A stretch of DNA of 64,000 bases from Deltaproteobacteria bacterium (GCA_003647275.1 QMMN01000008.1:1675-65674); one strand, 5' to 3'; counted from the stretch's first letter, positions 40,150-49,472 are shown. Made by a program: numbers and translations. The notes: a model not told the origin generated them from the letters alone.

Positions 40150-40281
40150 ATCGTAGTGATTACAGATAAATCATTGATAAAAATTCGAGTTTCCGGTAAC
40201 GTCACAATACGTTAACTTTGATATCAACTTCAGGTACAGGGCAGTTCCTCTGCTCTGTGCAACTTTTTTGGAGATCTTGGT

Positions 40282-42096
40282 GTGTCTTTAAACGAAAGCC
40301 CTGACTGCAAGATCGAAGCGATCATTCGTGCAGATGCAACAGAGGTCGTTGCACGGGTCTCCGCGTACCTTGAGGACGAACAAATGCGGTATTTCTCGCG
40401 CAACCAAGACTGCCTGACAACAGACCTGCACAGCACCAAGGCCAGGGTTGGCATCAATCAGGCAAAGCTGAGTAATTTTGAACTAAAAGGAAACAAAATC
40501 TCATATGAAGCCAGGTTCTGGTTCTATATTCCCGAATATGCCGTGGGCTGCACCATTGACCAGTTGATGCTCCCTGGCCTTGAGGTTGGCAAGATTTATC
40601 TGAGAAACCCAAAACTAAAATACGCTGCCGAGGAATTGATCAACCTCATTTCAAACCGCACCATCATAGTTCCAAAGGGAACGAAAGTGTTGGAAGAAGG
40701 CATTCTGGCTGTGCCGGTGATGCCCTTTGTTCATCTTCCCGATCCCCGTGTGTTGACACCCGATTATCTGAAGGCTGTGGTGATGAAAAAGATTCCTCGG
40801 GAGGATCTCTATTTTGCCCAGCCGGAGCAAAAGGTGGATCGGGTCATCGTGCCGGTCGGAAGCGGGGTGATATCTCATACGAGCCTGTTTACACAGCAAA
40901 ACGAGATTTATATCCTAGATCATGAGCACACGGATGCCAGGGTCGGGAGCAAACATACCAATGGGATCATATATCTTGAACTCATGGGAGACGATAAAGA
41001 CATCGTCAAAGAGAGGGTTCATATCGAAGTCTACAAACCGACCCTGGCGCAACACAGTGTAAAAAAACGGTTCTATATCGACCTGCGAGCTTCCCTGCTA
41101 GGCAGATTGTACGAAGAGGGGGCTGTGGATGATCATACCATTGCGGCCATCCGTGAAGCTGAAGGGCAAAGATTCATCAAGCTAAACGAAAGGTATGACC
41201 AACTGCTCCATGATCTACAGCCTGACACATCGTTGATCCTTCAGGATTTTCCCAACCGACGCCTTGCTTCTTACCTCATTGTGGCTGCCGACATGGGCCT
41301 CATTAGCGACCTGACGTTCAGAAGGGCTCCTCAAGAGGAATACTTTTTCAGGTCAGAGGACCTTGCCTTTATGGATACGTTACAGAATATGGGCGTGGAG
41401 ATTTACTGGAAAAATCCCTTGCAAGGAGATCTGGTCTTATATAAGCGATTCTTTATGAGGTCTTCTGTCATCCCGTCTTTCAATGAGGCCTTCAGTTCAA
41501 GAAAGCTCGCTGCGATTTATGGAACAGCAGGCAAAGTAGACGCTGATACCCAGAAAGAAATTGTGGACAGCGTTAAATCCTTCAAGGAGTTCCACGGCGG
41601 CATCTGTGGCGTCCTCACAGGCGGCAACACCGGGAGCATTATGTCCTTTGTATCGGAAACCGCGGCCTCTCTCGGCATGCTCTCTGGCGCTGTATACTGG
41701 AAGATTCCCGGGGTGGACATTGACCCCCATGTGGATTTTGCAGCGTATCTGTCCCGATATGACCTGCTGGAAAGGCAGGAAATTTTATCTGAAACCACTG
41801 AGGCAGACATCTATTTCAAAGGCGGGGTGGGTACCAACCTTGAAAATGCGATCACTTTTGTGAAAAAGAAACTTGGTATCGGCCATTACAAGCCACAAAT
41901 TTTTGTAGGTGATTTCTACAAGCCTCTTCAGGACTGGCTTAACCACCTGGCATCCGAGGGGATGGCAGACCCCAGAGTTTTTGAAAGTTGCTATTTCATC
42001 AAGCATGGCCGCGAGATCTTCGAAACACTTTGCACGCACTTCGGGTCGGAAGACAAAATGATCCACGAAGTCTCAGTGAATGAAACCTGGTCATGA
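40282..42096 (+). CDS. 604-aa fusion protein: unrecognised N-terminal region of about 400 aa plus a C-terminal LOG/SLOG-type Rossmann domain
   Basis: GTG start 8 nt after GGAG. The C-terminal 198 aa carry the two LOG signatures in the correct order: VLTGGNTGSIMSF (about 41617) and KGGVGTNLE (41821-41844). They are followed by KPQIFVGDFYKPLQDWL, which resembles the LOG helix. Confidence 0.8.
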   Translation: MSLNESPDCKIEAIIRADATEVVARVSAYLEDEQMRYFSRNQDCLTTDLHSTKARVGINQAKLSNFELKGNKISYEARFWFYIPEYAVGCTIDQLMLPGLEVGKIYLRNPKLKYAAEELINLISNRTIIVPKGTKVLEEGILAVPVMPFVHLPDPRVLTPDYLKAVVMKKIPREDLYFAQPEQKVDRVIVPVGSGVISHTSLFTQQNEIYILDHEHTDARVGSKHTNGIIYLELMGDDKDIVKERVHIEVYKPTLAQHSVKKRFYIDLRASLLGRLYEEGAVDDHTIAAIREAEGQRFIKLNERYDQLLHDLQPDTSLILQDFPNRRLASYLIVAADMGLISDLTFRRAPQEEYFFRSEDLAFMDTLQNMGVEIYWKNPLQGDLVLYKRFFMRSSVIPSFNEAFSSRKLAAIYGTAGKVDADTQKEIVDSVKSFKEFHGGICGVLTGGNTGSIMSFVSETAASLGMLSGAVYWKIPGVDIDPHVDFAAYLSRYDLLERQEILSETTEADIYFKGGVGTNLENAITFVKKKLGIGHYKPQIFVGDFYKPLQDWLNHLASEGMADPRVFESCYFIKHGREIFETLCTHFGSEDKMIHEVSVNETWS

Positions 42097-42138
42097 AGTT
42101 GCCATAGTTCGGTGAGCCCTTATCCGGCATGGTGAACG

Positions 42139-43440
42139 ATGACACAGGGCTTGGCTGGTATGATTACCAAAGAAAATATAAGGCAATATTTGGACAAGTT
42201 ATCTTCGGGGATCGGCTCTGAACAAGGCCAGATGCCTTCTCATGTGTGGCAGAAATTTCATGAATACATCGTCACTCACTACAAGCGCCTCGATAAAGAG
42301 ACCCGTGCTTATGCTAATGAGATCTTTGATCAAATGGAGGCCAGTTTAGAGCAAAGAATCGAATCTCTTCCCGAGAGTTCGGAGAAAAAGACACTCAGCC
42401 GGAAGCTCGCCGTGGTTCGGGGGGAACGTCCACCTTTACCCGTGCTCTATCTGGACACCCCTGTCATTGAAGTGATGATCAAGTATGCCCTGGGACAACA
42501 CCTCCCCCGGTCCACAGCAGAAAATTCCGAGGCCTTATGCAAGGGAATCCTGGCCCTGGTCAAGGACGAAAAACTCATTTGTCCTGAAGACAACTTTCAT
42601 CGAGAAGCCCTTCAGCTGGGCGGCATCCGGGCCAGGGAAGGGCTGAACGCCATTAGGCGGCTCTCCCACGGCTTATCTTTCAAGCACAGCCAGGCCATAG
42701 AAGATTTTCAAATCTTCAGGGCACTTCGTGGCTTTATAGATGGCTATGGGCCAATCGACTACAAGCGGTTTTGGCAAGACGCCTTTGAGACTGAGACCGT
42801 CAATGCCATCGTGAAGAAACACGCATCTATAACATTTAAAGATATCCTGGCTCTTGCTGAAAAGCCAGGCCCGCCAGAAGATCAGCAAGCAAGGCCCTCG
42901 TCCCTTTCCACTCGGCTTAGGATTAGATATGATGAAGCCTCTCTAAAATATGAACAGAAGCTGCAACAAAGATCTACAAGGCATCTAAGGGATCTGGTCA
43001 GGCTCGGCATGAAATACCAAAACAGAATGAGGGAAGCGCAAAAACAGCACCTCGACGGTTTCTGGGCAGGTCAGAAACTGGATCTGCCTATTGCCCTGTG
43101 GAACGGCTATGGCGGAAAACCAGAGGGTCTGGAAGGGCTTGTATCTTTTTATGAATCCGAATACTTCAGAAATATCCCGGCTATCAAAATCAAATGGGAC
43201 ATCTGGCATACCCTTTCCGCAGATCATGCAGGTGGCCTAAATAGACTGACCGGGCCTGCAGATGTAAACATTCTATCCTATCTCCTTCCTTATACGGATA
43301 TCATGATCCTGGGTCGTAAGATGACGGATGTGGTCAGAGACAAACTGAGGTTCGACCTTATGTTCAAGACAGCCATCTACAGCATGGACGAGCACGATCT
43401 GATTATGGCGGCCCTCAAGGAGATTGCTCGCGCCGAGTAA
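42139..43440 (+). CDS. hypothetical protein (433 aa), partner of the LOG-fusion gene
   Basis: Clean ORF starting 42 nt after the previous stop. No family recognised. There is a weak PIN-like flavour (VLYLDTPVIE at residue about 106, LPYTDIMILGRKM at residue about 387). Confidence 0.65.
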   Translation: MTQGLAGMITKENIRQYLDKLSSGIGSEQGQMPSHVWQKFHEYIVTHYKRLDKETRAYANEIFDQMEASLEQRIESLPESSEKKTLSRKLAVVRGERPPLPVLYLDTPVIEVMIKYALGQHLPRSTAENSEALCKGILALVKDEKLICPEDNFHREALQLGGIRAREGLNAIRRLSHGLSFKHSQAIEDFQIFRALRGFIDGYGPIDYKRFWQDAFETETVNAIVKKHASITFKDILALAEKPGPPEDQQARPSSLSTRLRIRYDEASLKYEQKLQQRSTRHLRDLVRLGMKYQNRMREAQKQHLDGFWAGQKLDLPIALWNGYGGKPEGLEGLVSFYESEYFRNIPAIKIKWDIWHTLSADHAGGLNRLTGPADVNILSYLLPYTDIMILGRKMTDVVRDKLRFDLMFKTAIYSMDEHDLIMAALKEIARAE

Positions 43441-43595
43441 GGAAATCATAGGCGCCCCGTGTTGGGTCAGGTAATCGACAAAAGGCTTCATCTCCTTTCC
43501 GGTTAAGGCCTCGCTTCTCAAAGCCTTTGGAAATATCGTATTTGAGGCAAGTATGCAGAGGAAGGTTACGGCGGGATTAGCGCTCGCTGTGCATT

Positions 43596-43660
43596 TTCAA
43601 GTTTGGTCCCTCTTTTGGCTTGCTTCCCTCATACCAGGTGCACGGCTGTTTGGGCAACAG
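43596..43660 (+). repeat. R5 repeat of about 70 nt, copy 2
   Basis: TTCAAGTTTGGTCCCTCTTTTGG...CATACCAGGTGCACGGCTGTTTGGGCAACAG. Confidence 0.75.
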
Positions 43661-43811
43661 TGCGTTTGGAATTGACTCTGCCGGCTTTTTCCTATAATCT
43701 CGCGTGTGCATATAAAGGGAGATCTTTGCATAACTCCTTTTCACTCCTTTATATGAGTTTTTTGACCCATGCACGGGCTTGCTCACTAAATCCTAGCACG
43801 GAGTGAAGCTG

Positions 43812-43935
43812 TGCGCTCAAACTCGGCCCAAGGGCCTCAAACAGTTTAGGATTTGCCCACTAAAGTGGGCCATTCACTTCGCCCGGATGGGTGCCCTAAA
43901 AAACTCATAATTGCCGCTCAAACGAGTTATGCAAA
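43812..43935 (+). repeat. R3 core repeat, second copy
   Basis: TGCGCTCAAACTCGGCCCAAGGGCCTCAAACAGTT...CACTTCGCC...CCGCTCAAACGA parallels 13861-13962. Confidence 0.6.
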
Positions 43936-43983
43936 GATTTCAAAGGATTGCGAACACAAGCCTATTCCCCATAGGATCATCAA

Positions 43984-44541
43984 ATGAACCCTCAAACCCT
44001 TGTTGAGACCATTTTAGACGAAAATCGAAATCTCCTGACAAGGGTTTCAAAGGAGCAGGTTGACTATCTTGTCAAGGCACTTGACAATTCAGAGAGGATC
44101 TTCTGCGCTGCCCAGGGGCGGTCTGGATACATCCTGCGGTGTTTTTGCATGCGGTTAATGCAGTTCGGATATCAAACCTTCTTTGTTGGTGAAACCATAA
44201 CCCCGAAGATTGGCAAAGGAGACATGCTGATTGTGCTTTCCGGTTCCGGGCAAACCAACTTGACCCAAGAATGGATCAGGGTTGCCCGGCAGCAGGGAGC
44301 AACGACTTTTGGTATCATAGGGGTTGAAGATTCCCCGATCGGAAGGGCCCTCGATTACAGCCTTTCCCTGCCGGCAGGGTCAAAGTTGGGGTTTTCCGGG
44401 GCGTCTTCCTCAATACAACCTCCGGGGTCTTTGTTTGAGCAGGCGGCCTTTGTCTTGCTGGAAACCATCGTGCTGGCATTATACCAGATGCGGGGGTGTG
44501 ATCCTCAGGGGATACTGGACCACCATGCGAATTTAGAATAA
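43984..44541 (+). CDS. hxlB: 6-phospho-3-hexuloisomerase (SIS domain)
   Basis: 185 aa. IFCAAQGRSGYILRCFCMRLMQFG...VLSGSGQT is a PHI-type SIS pattern. Adjacent to an HPS gene. Confidence 0.8.
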   Translation: MNPQTLVETILDENRNLLTRVSKEQVDYLVKALDNSERIFCAAQGRSGYILRCFCMRLMQFGYQTFFVGETITPKIGKGDMLIVLSGSGQTNLTQEWIRVARQQGATTFGIIGVEDSPIGRALDYSLSLPAGSKLGFSGASSSIQPPGSLFEQAAFVLLETIVLALYQMRGCDPQGILDHHANLE

Positions 44542-44587
44542 TCTTGCATATGCATCTTTGTTTTTCATTTATCTATGAGGGGTGTGA

Positions 44588-45874
44588 ATGAAGCCTGTTT
44601 TGCAACTGGCCCTTGATTTTGTTGACTTAAAACGGGCCGTAAAGAGTGCACAAGCCGGGATCGCTGGCGGCGTGGATTGGATCGAGGTCGGCACCCCCTT
44701 GGTCAAGAGTGAGGGGCTCCAAGCCGTACGGGAGCTGAGGCGTTTGTTCCCCCATGTGACCATCGTGGCCGACATGAAGATTATGGATGCAGGCCGCATC
44801 GAAGTTGAGACCGCGGCCAAGTCGGGAGCCAACATCGTGGATGTCCTTGGTGCTGCCAGCGACGCCACGATCCGGGAATGCATACAGGCCGGGAAAAATT
44901 ATGGGGCCAGGATTGTCGTGGACCTGATTGCCGTCAAAGACCCTGTGACTCGGGCCAAGCAGGTTGAGGATTTTGGGGCCGATTACATTACAGTCCATTG
45001 TTCCATAGACGAACAAATGGAGGGAAAAGACCCCTTTGAATCCCTGCGCAGGGTGGCCGAGGCTGTTTCCCTGCCCATAGGGGTTGCTGGGGGAATTAAC
45101 TCTGAAACAGCGCCCCGCGCACTGGAAGCAGGGGCATCCATTGTTATCGTGGGCGGAGCGATTACCAAGGCAGTTGATCCCACGGAGGCGTCCCATAACA
45201 TCAAAAAGGCCATGGAGGAAGGGGTCGCCATCCCGACCAAGCTCTTTAAAAGAGGGACTGAGGCAGCGATTCGAGATATCCTCGAACAGGTTTCCGCAGC
45301 CAATTTATCAGATGCCTTACACAGAGGTGGCGTCTTGGAAGGGATCCGTCCCTTGTTTCAAGGGATCAGGATGGCAGGCCGGGCCGTGACAGTCAGGACC
45401 TATCCGGGGGACTGGGCCAAACCTGTTGAAGCCATTGATATTGCTGAAAAGGGGGATGTGATCGTGGTTGATGCAGGCGGGGTTGGCCCGGCTATCTGGG
45501 GTGAGTTAGCCACACATTCTGCACTGCAGAAAGGGGTGGCAGGGGTGGTCATCGACGGCGCCATCCGTGATACCTATGATATCGCCCAGATGAAATTTCC
45601 CGCTTTTGCAAGATGGATCATGCCCAATGCCGGGGAGCCGAAAGGTTTTGGCGAGATTGGTGTGCCCGTGAAGGTGGGTAATCGCTGGGTGGAAAATGGC
45701 GACTGGATTCTCGGGGACGATGACGGTGTCGTGGTTTTGCCAAGGGCAATGGCGACGGAATATGCGAATCGCAGCATGGATGTGTTAGAAAGAGAAAACC
45801 GAATCCGTGAAGAAATCAAAGAGGGCAGCACCCTTAGCAAGGTCACGGAACTGCTACGCTGGGAGAAGAAATAG
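44588..45874 (+). CDS. hxlA: 3-hexulose-6-phosphate synthase fused to an RraA-family domain
   Basis: N-terminus MKPVLQLALDFVDL...DWIEVGTPL...ADMKIMDAG (OMP-decarboxylase-fold HPS). The C-terminal half has GDVIVVDAGG...GVVIDGAIRD (RraA/DlpA-like). Confidence 0.8.
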   Translation: MKPVLQLALDFVDLKRAVKSAQAGIAGGVDWIEVGTPLVKSEGLQAVRELRRLFPHVTIVADMKIMDAGRIEVETAAKSGANIVDVLGAASDATIRECIQAGKNYGARIVVDLIAVKDPVTRAKQVEDFGADYITVHCSIDEQMEGKDPFESLRRVAEAVSLPIGVAGGINSETAPRALEAGASIVIVGGAITKAVDPTEASHNIKKAMEEGVAIPTKLFKRGTEAAIRDILEQVSAANLSDALHRGGVLEGIRPLFQGIRMAGRAVTVRTYPGDWAKPVEAIDIAEKGDVIVVDAGGVGPAIWGELATHSALQKGVAGVVIDGAIRDTYDIAQMKFPAFARWIMPNAGEPKGFGEIGVPVKVGNRWVENGDWILGDDDGVVVLPRAMATEYANRSMDVLERENRIREEIKEGSTLSKVTELLRWEKK

Positions 45875-46011
45875 ATCCAAATTATATGTTAAGATCGTTT
45901 ACAGGTGAGGAGAGAATATGCCTCAAAATCGCTGCAATATCTGAGGCAAGAATATCTCCCCATATAACCAGAACAACAAAGGAATCCTGAAACGGCAGAG
46001 TGGAGATTCCC

Positions 46012-46917
46012 GTGAAGATTTTTGCCACAGGGGGTACGGGCTTTGTGGGGACTTATCTTTGCCAAAGCCTCCTCAACGCAGGCCACCAGCTTACAGTTTT
46101 GGTAAGGTCAGAGAAAAAAGCAGACGATCTTTCCAGTGAAGTCAGTATGATTCAGGGTGACCCCATGCGCCCTGGTGAGTGGCAAAACAGCGTTGCGGCG
46201 CACGATATCATTATCAATTTAGCTGGGGCGCCTATTTTTGTCCGGTGGACCGACGCATCCAAACAACTTATCAGAGACAGCCGCGTGTTGAGCACCAGAA
46301 ATGTTGTTTCGGCGATTCCGGTGCACACAAAACCGATGACCTTGTTTAGCACCTCTGCCGTGGGATATTACAAGGCAAATCTTCAGGTGGAGCTCACTGA
46401 ACAGGGGCCTGTCGGAGATGGCTTTTTGGCCGGCGTAACCAGGGACTGGGAAGCCGAGGCCATGAAGGCTGAAACCAAGGGGTGCAGGGTGATCATCACC
46501 CGGTTTGGAATTGTTCTAGGCCCAGGTGGCGGTGCATTGTCTCAAATGGTGTCGACATTTAACAAATTTCTGGGCGGCCCCCTCGGCAGTGGCGAGCAGT
46601 GGTTCCCCTGGATTCATATAGAAGATCTTGCACGCGCTTATTTGTTCCTCTTGGACAGGCCTAGCATCACTGGTCCGGTTAATTTCTGCTCTCCAAATCC
46701 AGTCCAAAACAAAGATCTGGCCAAGGCCCTCGGAAAAGTTTTGGGCCGCCCCTGTTTTATGCGGACCCCGGCCTTTGTGTTAAAGGCCGCCCTGGGGGAA
46801 TTCGCATCGGCTCTGCTTGATGGACACCGCATGGTTCCTCGGAAGTTATTGGACAGTGGATTTGAATTTAAATATCCAGCTCTTGAAGGGGCTTTAGAGG
46901 AAATTCTATCGAAATGA
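46012..46917 (+). CDS. TIGR01777/YfcH-type NAD-dependent epimerase-like protein (DUF1731 C-terminus)
   Basis: GTG at 46012, 6 nt after GGAG, gives MKIFATGGTGFVG. C-terminal PRKLLDSGFEFKYP. Confidence 0.8.
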   Translation: MKIFATGGTGFVGTYLCQSLLNAGHQLTVLVRSEKKADDLSSEVSMIQGDPMRPGEWQNSVAAHDIIINLAGAPIFVRWTDASKQLIRDSRVLSTRNVVSAIPVHTKPMTLFSTSAVGYYKANLQVELTEQGPVGDGFLAGVTRDWEAEAMKAETKGCRVIITRFGIVLGPGGGALSQMVSTFNKFLGGPLGSGEQWFPWIHIEDLARAYLFLLDRPSITGPVNFCSPNPVQNKDLAKALGKVLGRPCFMRTPAFVLKAALGEFASALLDGHRMVPRKLLDSGFEFKYPALEGALEEILSK

Positions 46918-46954
46918 TCATCACGGTCGGTGGGAAACCGAGGAGATCCGATTT

Positions 46955-47251
46955 ATGGAAAGAAGAAAAGATCCGAGATACAAGATCGATGCTGCCGTGG
47001 AAGTAAGATATGGTACCCACACCATTTATGGCAAAGCTGTTGAAATTAGCACGCACGGAATTAGGATAGAATCTACTGATCCCATTGAGCCGGGGACTGA
47101 GGTTGAGGCCGTGCTTTTTCTTAAAGAACCGGAAAGGGTTTCCGGGGAGATTAAGTGGGTCCTTGCTGAACCTGGGCAGGGAAGGGTAAACTACAAAATG
47201 GGTATATACTGTAAATCAGGCGATTTGATTACGGATAACCACAACTCATAG
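46955..47251 (+). CDS. stand-alone PilZ domain protein
   Basis: 98 aa. RKDPR (RxxxR) at the N-terminus, then EISTHG in place of the D/NxSxxG motif. Confidence 0.7.
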   Translation: MERRKDPRYKIDAAVEVRYGTHTIYGKAVEISTHGIRIESTDPIEPGTEVEAVLFLKEPERVSGEIKWVLAEPGQGRVNYKMGIYCKSGDLITDNHNS

Positions 47252-47301
47252 GGTTGGACCTCTTAAGAAAAGCTACCTAGGAGAGTAAGTGAGGTCTGGC
47301 A

Positions 47302-47943
47302 CTATAAAAAAATATTTGATTCCTTTTTTTTTCGTCTAAGTTTACGGGCTTTTTCCCGAGCAGCCCGGACCATCCCCAACGTGAAAAAATAGCCTGCTAC
47401 GCCCACCACGATGCCGGTGAGGGTGCCGCCCACCATCAGGGAGAGAAAGACGCTCTTGCTAGAATACCACAATGTTTCCCACGAAGGGTTTGAGAAGAAC
47501 GGGGCTTTTAGGGGGTAACCGAGCAGCTTTGCGCCTGCCATATAATTGAATCCGTAAATAAAAGGTGCGGTGACCGGATTGGTGAGCCACACCGTAGCGG
47601 CCGCTGCGACCTTGTTGACCCTGAAGAAGGCCGCAATAGGCACGGCCAGGAGGGTTTGGATGCCCATGGTAGGGGTCATAGCCACAAAGAAGCCTACCGC
47701 GGCTCCCCAGGCGACCTGCTCAGGGCTCCCGTGAAGACGGAGAAAACGATCATAAAAATACCGAGCAAACCGCCTGATGCGACCAGGGGGAGGATTTGGC
47801 GGTTCCGACGTCTGTTCGGTAGGATGGTCTTGTTCGCGCAAGGGTCCAGGCCTTTCCCTGAAAATTTCTTGGATCTTTGCCGGATCTAACGAGGACCCGG
47901 CCCTGTCTTCCCTGCTGTGACAGCTATGCGTGGCTGGTGACAT
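47302..47943 (-). CDS. DUF2062 family membrane protein
   Basis: GSPEQVAWGAAVGFFVAMTPTMGIQTLLAVPIAAFFRVNK...TNPVTAPFIY, a typical DUF2062 core. Confidence 0.75.
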   Translation of the reverse strand: MSPATHSCHSREDRAGSSLDPAKIQEIFRERPGPLREQDHPTEQTSEPPNPPPGRIRRFARYFYDRFLRLHGSPEQVAWGAAVGFFVAMTPTMGIQTLLAVPIAAFFRVNKVAAAATVWLTNPVTAPFIYGFNYMAGAKLLGYPLKAPFFSNPSWETLWYSSKSVFLSLMVGGTLTGIVVGVAGYFFTLGMVRAAREKARKLRRKKKESNIFL

Positions 47944-48034
47944 GGATTACACTTGTATCCAAATCTTTTCCAAAAAACAAGGAAAATGGTCTGACTTGGT
48001 ATTGATAGATAGGTAAGTATTCAGCCACCAGGGT

Positions 48035-48730
48035 TCAGATTTCAGTTGTGCCATGGCACACTGGTTTGTGTAGTAAGATCCCTGCCCACCCCTGATCAAG
48101 AGAGTACGCCTTTTCCATGGTCCCGTTTTGGAGGTAAGGGCGCAAGATCAGGTCTTTTTGGGCCTGACAAAAACCCGATAAGATGAGCCAACCCCCTGGT
48201 GCAACAACCTGCCACAAGGTCTTGTATTCCCGCACATGGACCGAGGGGACCAGGTTGGCCAGCACCAGGCAGAACGGCCCCCGGGCGCACGAAAGCTCAC
48301 CCAGGGCCAAAAATACCTTGGAGCCTGGCCTCGGGTTAAGACTGAGGTTGCCTCGAGCGGCATCAATGGCTCGACGGTCAAGGTCCACACCAAGGACCTT
48401 GAAACCCCCTAGGGATGCTGCGGCCAGGGCGAGTACACCGCTGCCGCAACCCGCATCCAGCACCCACCCTTCAATGACAGCAGGGGGCGGGCCATGTTGC
48501 CCGGTGAGGAGTTCATCCAGGAGCTGCAAGGAGAGACGCGTACTCGGATGGCTGCCATCGCCAAAGGCCTCCTGTGGGTCAATAAGGAGGACCCTATGGT
48601 CTTGACCTGCGTGTACCGGCTGACAGGGTGGGGTTACAGTGAGATGCGGGGAAACCTGCCCGGGTTGGAGCCGCTCTTGCCGTCCGCCAGCCGCCTTATG
48701 TGCCTCTTTACAGGGTGCCTTCACAGCCAC
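48035..48730 (-). CDS. PrmA-like class I SAM-dependent methyltransferase lacking a full L11-binding N-domain
   Basis: IDPQEAFGDGSHPSTRLSL and VLDAGCGSGVLALAAA match the PrmA catalytic half. Only about 45 aa precede it, and the start is uncertain. Confidence 0.7.
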   Translation of the reverse strand: MAVKAPCKEAHKAAGGRQERLQPGQVSPHLTVTPPCQPVHAGQDHRVLLIDPQEAFGDGSHPSTRLSLQLLDELLTGQHGPPPAVIEGWVLDAGCGSGVLALAAASLGGFKVLGVDLDRRAIDAARGNLSLNPRPGSKVFLALGELSCARGPFCLVLANLVPSVHVREYKTLWQVVAPGGWLILSGFCQAQKDLILRPYLQNGTMEKAYSLDQGWAGILLHKPVCHGTTEI

Positions 48731-48898
48731 TTCCAGTCAAGATTGATTTTTACGAGTTGTCAACATGTTTCCTCAAACTGTCTACAACGGGTTTTGAAAC
48801 CGCTTCTAATGAACTGGTCCTCTTTTCCTCTCCCTTTGGTTGCTTGAGTTCACCCCAGTGAAATATGCCTCGCATTTCACAGGGCAGGGAACTAATAA

Positions 48899-48934
48899 TT
48901 TGTCTGATTTTTTGATAGGAAAAAATCAGACAAA
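48899..48934. repeat. perfect 15-bp-stem hairpin/palindrome
   Basis: TTTGTCTGATTTTTT-GATAGG-AAAAAATCAGACAAA, checked base by base. Confidence 0.8.
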
Positions 48935-48951
48935 ACTCTCAGATACTGCTG

Positions 48952-49046
48952 TGACATTTGTCATCTGAGGCCTGCCAACGTTGATCAACGACATAAGCAT
49001 TTGGGTCAGTGAACATGCCCTGCAATGGCAGGATGGCCGTTTGAGG
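48952..49046 (+). repeat. R4 repeat of about 96 nt, copy 2
   Basis: GTGACATTTGTCATC...CATTTGGGTCAGTGAACATGCCCTGCAATGGCAGGATGGCCGTTTGAG. Confidence 0.8.
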
Positions 49047-49396
49047 CTCTCTGCGGGCTTTGTGAGAGACAAAAACGCCTTCCGCCCCCAATTTCTGACC
49101 CTTTTAGGGTGATAATCAGGCTACCCTTTTAAGGCGTGGTTATTGACCTGTTATCAAAAGCCGGATCAAATGAAAACAGGTATTCTCAAGGCAAATCCGA
49201 TTGCTATCCCATCTTTCTTGTTGGGCCTATGTAACTCATCAGTAAACCCATTGCTTTGTGATCAAACATCTTATAGATTTTAAGAAAAAGGTTTTGAAGC
49301 AGCAGTTTATCTTGAGAATATCAAAGCCTAAAGCGCAAATGAGTGTTTCTAAGACTTGAAATAAAGGTATTCTATTCTACAGGGCCAAAATTTGAT

Positions 49397-49472
49397 TTGA
49401 CCGGCTCGCTCCCCGGACGCAAAGCACTGCCGTAAGGCAGAACCCCCGTGCGGAAGCACGGGGAGGCTTCAC
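49397..49472 (+). repeat. R1 structured intergenic repeat, copy C
   Basis: TTGACCGGCTCGCTCCCCGGACGCAAAGCACTGCCGTAAGGCAGAACCCCCGTGCGGAAGCACGGGGAGGCTTCAC. Confidence 0.85.

Noticed and set aside
43273-43521. 82-aa minus-strand ORF at the 3' end of the 433-aa gene
   Set aside because: It overlaps the plus-strand CDS by about 170 nt. Its internal ATG has an AGGAG directly abutting it with no spacer. There is no family signal.
44627-45196. 189-aa minus-strand ORF inside the hxlA fusion gene. The same applies to 63161-63865 inside the cytochrome gene and 19097-19603 inside the membrane protein gene.
   Set aside because: All three are antisense shadow ORFs without motifs.
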